Positions 16,128 to 20,000 of a stretch of 20,000 nucleotides of DNA are shown here, piece by piece. The DNA is from an uncultured virus (IMG/VR IMGVR_UViG_2579779168_000001) (Duplodnaviria > Heunggongvirae > Uroviricota > Caudoviricetes). The translations under genes and the position numbers were made by a program. Location of the stretch: the IMG/VR virus record IMGVR_UViG_2579779168_000001, one strand, 5' to 3'. The notes under the pieces were generated by a model. It saw nothing but the letters and a program-made list of their open reading frames with translations, did not search any database and was not told the DNA's origin. The stretch's first letter is position 1, and each line of letters begins with the position of its first letter.

Positions 16128-16130
16128 GCC

Positions 16131-16565
16131 ATGCAGCGCGGCGACGAAATTCTCGCGCGCTGGGACGGCAAGGCGCTGCGCGCCGTCGGCGGTCGAGATC
16201 GCGACGCCATCGCGGAGTTCCCCGCCGACACCGTGTTCTCGCTGCGGAAGTGGGAACCCGGCACCCAAGGCGCGCGGGCTTTCATCTCCGTTTTCCTGAA
16301 GGTCTTCGCGGAAGCGCACCCCGACGCAACCATGACGGATCAGAAGCTCAAGGCGAGCCTCAAGGCTACGCATCATTGGATTGACGGCGTCGTGTTCGAC
16401 GAGGCCGGCGGCGAAGCGAAGTTCAAATCCATCGGCAAGATGAGCCGGGACGATCTCGCGCTGTTCACGGAGCAGGCCAAGGACTTCGCCGCTGATCTCG
16501 GGCTCGATGTCGCTGCTCTTGAGGCTGAGACGGCAGAGCGCCTGAAGCCGCGGAGGGAGCGGTGA
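16131..16565 (+). CDS. NinB/DUF1367-like recombination accessory protein
   Basis: LKASLKA...KSIGKMSRDDLALFTEQAKDFAADLGL resembles the NinB C-terminal S..KM...F motif; follows bet. Confidence 0.6.
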   Translation: MQRGDEILARWDGKALRAVGGRDRDAIAEFPADTVFSLRKWEPGTQGARAFISVFLKVFAEAHPDATMTDQKLKASLKATHHWIDGVVFDEAGGEAKFKSIGKMSRDDLALFTEQAKDFAADLGLDVAALEAETAERLKPRRER

Positions 16566-16912
16566 TGGCATCTCCCAATTCTTGGGCTTTCCCCGGCGCG
16601 AAATGCGTCTGCATCGAGGACGATTTTTGCTCCGTCCACCAGGGCAAGTTCTCGATCCCCACTCGCATCCCGATGATCGGTGAAGTCCCGACGATCCGCG
16701 ACTTCGTCGTGGGAGAGGCCAGCTTCGGAACGGGGATGGAGGACGAGGTATATGTGTCCTTCTACGAGATCGAGCTGATGCAGTCCGATGGTCCGCTGAG
16801 CGGTGCAGTCCGGTTCCAGCTTTCGTGCTTTCGTCCTCTTCTCGACCGTCCGACCGACATTTCGATCTTCGAGCGCCTGCTGAAGCCGTCCAAGCAGACG
16901 GAGGATGCGTGA
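16565..16912 (+). CDS. Phage hypothetical protein (G.KCVCI...FRPL...TDISIF)
   Basis: GGAG SD and TGATG overlaps. Confidence 0.7.
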   Translation: MASPNSWAFPGAKCVCIEDDFCSVHQGKFSIPTRIPMIGEVPTIRDFVVGEASFGTGMEDEVYVSFYEIELMQSDGPLSGAVRFQLSCFRPLLDRPTDISIFERLLKPSKQTEDA

Positions 16913-17073
16913 TGATCTGCGCTCGCTGCCACACCGACACGGTTACATGGCGCGGACCTCTCTCGGCGCTGACGCACACCGAATGCTCTTCGTGCGGCAG
17001 CATCAACTGCCTGCACGTCGAGCAGCCGGCTGATGCGGAAGGCGATCAGGAGGAGGCTCCTGATGCGTCGTGA
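16912..17073 (+). CDS. Small Zn-ribbon protein (53 aa)
   Basis: MICARC...ECSSCGSINC; GGAGG SD; overlaps both neighbours. Confidence 0.65.
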   Translation: MICARCHTDTVTWRGPLSALTHTECSSCGSINCLHVEQPADAEGDQEEAPDAS

Positions 17074-17419
17074 ATTCTCCCGCAAAACCCGATCCCAGGC
17101 ATTTGCCCGCTCCCGAGGAAACTGCGAAGCCTGCGGCGCGCGGCTGATGCCCGGAAAGTTCCGCTACGACCACATCCTGCCCGACGCCCTCGGCGGCGAG
17201 CCGACGCTTGAGAATTGCAAGGTCCAGTGCGTGACCTGCGATGCGCCGAAGACCGCAGCAGACGTCACCCGCATCCGCAAAGCCGACCGCCAGCGGGACA
17301 AGCACACCGGCGCCTATGAGCGGAAGAAGTGGCCGAAGCAGATCCGCCGTCCGGCTCCGCCGCAGCGCCGCGCCACGGCTCCGCTGTCCAAGCCCCTTCC
17401 TCCCCGGCGGTTCACATGA
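17063..17419 (+). CDS. HNH endonuclease-like protein
   Basis: CEACG...YDHILPDALGGEPTLENCKVQCVTCDAPKT; GGAGG SD. Confidence 0.85.
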   Translation: MRREFSRKTRSQAFARSRGNCEACGARLMPGKFRYDHILPDALGGEPTLENCKVQCVTCDAPKTAADVTRIRKADRQRDKHTGAYERKKWPKQIRRPAPPQRRATAPLSKPLPPRRFT

Positions 17420-17456
17420 GCCCCCGCCCTTTCCCCAATCGCAAGAGGAGCAAGCC

Positions 17457-17705
17457 GTGAGCGATATCGACGGAACGATGGCATTCGACAACGTCATGGA
17501 TCGACTGCTCGATGAGCGCGAGTTTCGCATCACCGTAGTGCGCGAGCGTGATGAGACGCGCCGAGAGGTGGCGGTGGGGCAGCAGCGGATCCGCGAACTG
17601 GAGCGCGATCTCAGCAAAGCCAATGCCGATCTCGTTCGCTGGAAGGCTCTGGTGCCCCAGGACGTGCGCGAGAAAGCCGAGAAATCCGACGAGATCCCGT
17701 TCTGA
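17457..17705 (+). CDS. Coiled-coil protein ending in SDEIPF (82 aa)
   Basis: GAGGAG SD and GTG start; heptad pattern; SSB-like acidic IPF tail. Confidence 0.75.
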   Translation: MSDIDGTMAFDNVMDRLLDEREFRITVVRERDETRREVAVGQQRIRELERDLSKANADLVRWKALVPQDVREKAEKSDEIPF

Positions 17706-17713
17706 GGCGCCCT

Positions 17714-17968
17714 ATGAAGCCGATCACCATCACCTTCGGCACGTCGTCTGCCGGCGCTCGCTATTTCGATGTCGAGCAGGGCGGCAAGGTCTGCGACGGG
17801 CTGGCCTGGGACGAGATGCTTGGCCAGGTCGTCACGCTGACGCTGCAAGCGCAGCCCGGCGGCCGGGCCTATCCGATGAAGACACCGGCGGAGTGGCAGG
17901 CAGAGCGCGAACGTCGCGCCGTCGCTGCTGCCCGCCGCGAGCACGAAGCAGAGTGGGACGCGGCATGA
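17714..17968 (+). CDS. Phage hypothetical protein (84 aa)
   Basis: GAGG SD; ATGA coupling to the next gene. Confidence 0.7.
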   Translation: MKPITITFGTSSAGARYFDVEQGGKVCDGLAWDEMLGQVVTLTLQAQPGGRAYPMKTPAEWQAERERRAVAAARREHEAEWDAA

Positions 17969-18159
17969 GCAGGTTCAAGCCCCGCACCCCGAAATGGCCT
18001 TGGCGCAATTTCCTGACGGCCGATGAGGCTCGAATTCTCGCTCGAGCCGATGCAGCCAAGTCCGAATGGAAGCGGCTGAACGTCGAACGGGCCGCCATCA
18101 CGAACAGAGCGATCCAGCGGGCGAAGGCCAACGCAGGGCGGGAGGTGGAGAATGGCTGA
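17965..18159 (+). CDS. Phage hypothetical protein (64 aa, MSRFKPRTPKWPW...)
   Basis: ATGA overlap; C-terminal part of track ORF 17548..18159. Confidence 0.6.
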   Translation: MSRFKPRTPKWPWRNFLTADEARILARADAAKSEWKRLNVERAAITNRAIQRAKANAGREVENG

Positions 18160-18448
18160 CAGCCCCATCAATATGGATGACGCCCGGCCCGAGGCGGCCG
18201 CCCATCCTGATCTCGCCATCCGGCTTTTCCCGTTGGCCGATGCGCAGGCTGCCGACGCTCTCAAGCCCATCCCCCGCCAGGGCGTCGGCAGCCAATCCGC
18301 TCAGGTCTATCGATATCGTTGGGACCGCTGCGGCCGTAAGGGCCAGTGCTGCCGCGTCTTCGCGCGCGGCACGATGAACAGCGCCGGCCTTCAGTTCGAG
18401 GACGGCTTTCGCATGGTCTCCTCCGGCAACGCGCTGAGGAGGGCGTGA
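18152..18448 (+). CDS. Phage hypothetical protein (98 aa; C-terminal RKGQ.C.V.ARG.MNS...FEDG small beta domain)
   Basis: GGAG SD; fills the operon before the xis-like gene. Confidence 0.65.
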   Translation: MADSPINMDDARPEAAAHPDLAIRLFPLADAQAADALKPIPRQGVGSQSAQVYRYRWDRCGRKGQCCRVFARGTMNSAGLQFEDGFRMVSSGNALRRA

Positions 18449-18450
18449 CA

Positions 18451-18744
18451 ATGCAACTGGCGCCGCAACCCTCCCAGGTCCGCTACACGGTCGATCCTCG
18501 CGACGTGCCGCCGGTCAAGGCTGCGCGTCGCCTTCATCTGACCCTGTCGGAGTTCGAGCGCATCCTTCCACGCCTGCTTCAGCGCGGTTTCCCACGACCG
18601 GATCCGGACACGGGCAACTACGATCTGAAGGCTGTCGATCAATGGATGGATAACCGCTCGACCTTGACCCCCGCGAATCAGCCGCGCGATGCTCGAGAGG
18701 TTACCGCTGAGCGCCTTGCCGAATTGGCTAAGAGGCGCCGATGA
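18451..18744 (+). CDS. Excisionase-like (winged HTH, AlpA/Xis-type) protein
   Basis: KAARRLHLTLSEF...RGFPRPDPDTGNYDLKAVDQWMD (FP.P...Y...AV..W pattern); ATGA overlap with the integrase. Confidence 0.75.
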   Translation: MQLAPQPSQVRYTVDPRDVPPVKAARRLHLTLSEFERILPRLLQRGFPRPDPDTGNYDLKAVDQWMDNRSTLTPANQPRDAREVTAERLAELAKRRR

Positions 18745-20000
18745 ACCGCATCGAGCACCTCATGGGCAAAGACACGATCCGGCACCTGATCTTCATGAGG
18801 AACAGGTGGCGCTACAAGCCCTCGCATCTGATGAAGCCGCACGGATTCAAGTTCCTGACGTTCGGCCCTGGTATGATGGTCGGGAACCACAACGTTCCCT
18901 CCCCTGAGGATCAGCAGCGGGCGATCGAGCTCAACGCAGAGTGGGATCGCATACGTCTCGGGCTGCAGCAGGATGCCGCGCCGCGCTACGCGCCGGGTAC
19001 CGTCGGCGCTGCCTATCTCCGCGTCATTAAGATGCGCAGCGCTGAGTTGGCGAAACAAGGGCTCAAGCAGAGCAAGGACCAACAGACGAGGGACGACTGG
19101 CCCCGCGCCTGGACCTGGATCGGTCCACTCTGGGGCGACACCGATCCGAAGACGATCCAGCCGGAGGCATTCCTGTCGATCGATGAGAGGACCGGCGAAG
19201 CGACCGGCCTGGTCGCCCTCATTGAGAAGCAGGTCTCGATTTCCGAGCGCCACCGCGTGGTCAAGGTCTGGCGCGCGCTGTGGAAGAAGATGGCAGCGAT
19301 GGGATACTGTGCGCTCGATGCTGACCCGTCGCTCGCATTCGCGAACCGAGCCCCAGATGCCCGGCAGGCGATCTGGTCCGAGGGCGAGGTTGTGCGGCTG
19401 TGCAAGCGCGCATGGCGCATGGGGTACAAGGGGCTCGCGGCCTGCATGGCCACGGCTTGGGACAGCCAGCTTTCTCCTATCGACCTGCGATCTCTGACGA
19501 CAGGACAGCGGGCCGACGACATACAGGGCGCGATCTTCTCTCTTGCGCGCACCAAGACCGGGCGCGCCGCCGCGGCGTCCCTCGGCAAGCGCGCAACGTG
19601 GGCGCTAGACGCCTATATCGCCAGCCTCTCGTTTGAGCTTCTGCCGAACGTGCCGATCTTCCGGACGCGTGGAAGCGGCACGACGAAGAAGGGTGGCAAG
19701 CCGCAACCGCCCTCCCCGTACACGAAAAACAAGCTCGCGGAGGACTTCCGGACGATTCGCACGGCGGAGTTAGGCGAGGCCGAGGATCGAAAGCTATCCG
19801 ATATGCGTCGGTCTGGCACGGTTGAGGCCACTGCAGGCGGCGCAGATGCGCAGGCCGTTTCCACCAAGATGGCCAATACGCTCGCTGCCTCAGCCCGGCT
19901 TCAGAAGACCTATAACCCGGTCAACTTGGTTACGGTGCGGGAAGTGGATGCGATCAGGAGAGAGGGCCGGGCCAAGCTTCGCGAGAACAAAACGCGCTGA
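18741..20000 (+). CDS. int: Integrase-like tyrosine recombinase with non-canonical active-site motifs
   Basis: 419 aa after the xis-like gene at the end of the early operon. W...E...L; QLSPIDLRSL (box I); RTKTG (Lys); LSDMRRSG (box II); MANT...KTY (Tyr). Confidence 0.8.
   Translation: MNRIEHLMGKDTIRHLIFMRNRWRYKPSHLMKPHGFKFLTFGPGMMVGNHNVPSPEDQQRAIELNAEWDRIRLGLQQDAAPRYAPGTVGAAYLRVIKMRSAELAKQGLKQSKDQQTRDDWPRAWTWIGPLWGDTDPKTIQPEAFLSIDERTGEATGLVALIEKQVSISERHRVVKVWRALWKKMAAMGYCALDADPSLAFANRAPDARQAIWSEGEVVRLCKRAWRMGYKGLAACMATAWDSQLSPIDLRSLTTGQRADDIQGAIFSLARTKTGRAAAASLGKRATWALDAYIASLSFELLPNVPIFRTRGSGTTKKGGKPQPPSPYTKNKLAEDFRTIRTAELGEAEDRKLSDMRRSGTVEATAGGADAQAVSTKMANTLAASARLQKTYNPVNLVTVREVDAIRREGRAKLRENKTR

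Larger units (their letters stand above)
1..20000. mobile_element. Temperate prophage (or phage) early region: immunity switch, replication, recombination, xis/int
   Basis: Divergent cro/cI pair with shared operators, DnaB, DUF1376-like initiator, Bet/RecT, RuvC-like, HNH and xis-int; dense ATGA/TGATG-coupled small ORFs; no host housekeeping genes. att sites and structural genes are outside the window. Confidence 0.95.

Noticed and set aside
15684..17006. 440-aa minus-strand ORF
   Set aside because: Antisense to bet and the NinB-like gene; low-complexity Arg/Ser-rich translation with no recognisable domain.
19980..20000. att site or tRNA target next to the integrase
   Set aside because: The window ends at the integrase stop codon; no att repeat or tRNA is visible.
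18741..20000. Protelomerase (telomere resolvase) interpretation of the atypical recombinase
   Set aside because: Lacks the R-K-R-H-Y set and is coupled to an xis-like gene in the standard integrase position.

Overview
GC-rich window that is entirely the early (immunity, replication, recombination) half of a temperate lambdoid-like prophage, probably from an alphaproteobacterium (inferred from the alpha-type LexA recognition helix and a GTTC-N7-GTTC SOS box). A divergent cro/cI switch lies at about 9.4-10.5 kb, with palindromic operators CGCTAC-N5-GTAGCG. The leftward operon encodes a CII-like HTH protein, a GapR-like protein, a RuvC-like resolvase, a LexA DNA-binding-domain protein, an SNF2-like helicase plus DNA methyltransferase, a PD-(D/E)xK-like protein, DnaB, a DUF1376-type initiator and a putative loader. 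The rightward operon encodes many small ORFs, a Cys-Ser-x repeat protein crossing a 160-N gap, a Bet/RecT annealing protein, a NinB-like protein, an HNH protein, an excisionase-like protein and an integrase-like tyrosine recombinase ending at base 20000. Highlights: (1) a possible phage SOS circuit, made of a LexA-boxed two-gene operon in the immunity region and a non-cleavable LexA DBD/RHH-like fusion; (2) an integrase whose catalytic pentad is non-canonical; (3) a switch-like RNA structure at 12651-12752; (4) peptide mimics of the SSB and FtsZ C-termini. All family calls come from motif recognition by eye; no database searches were run.
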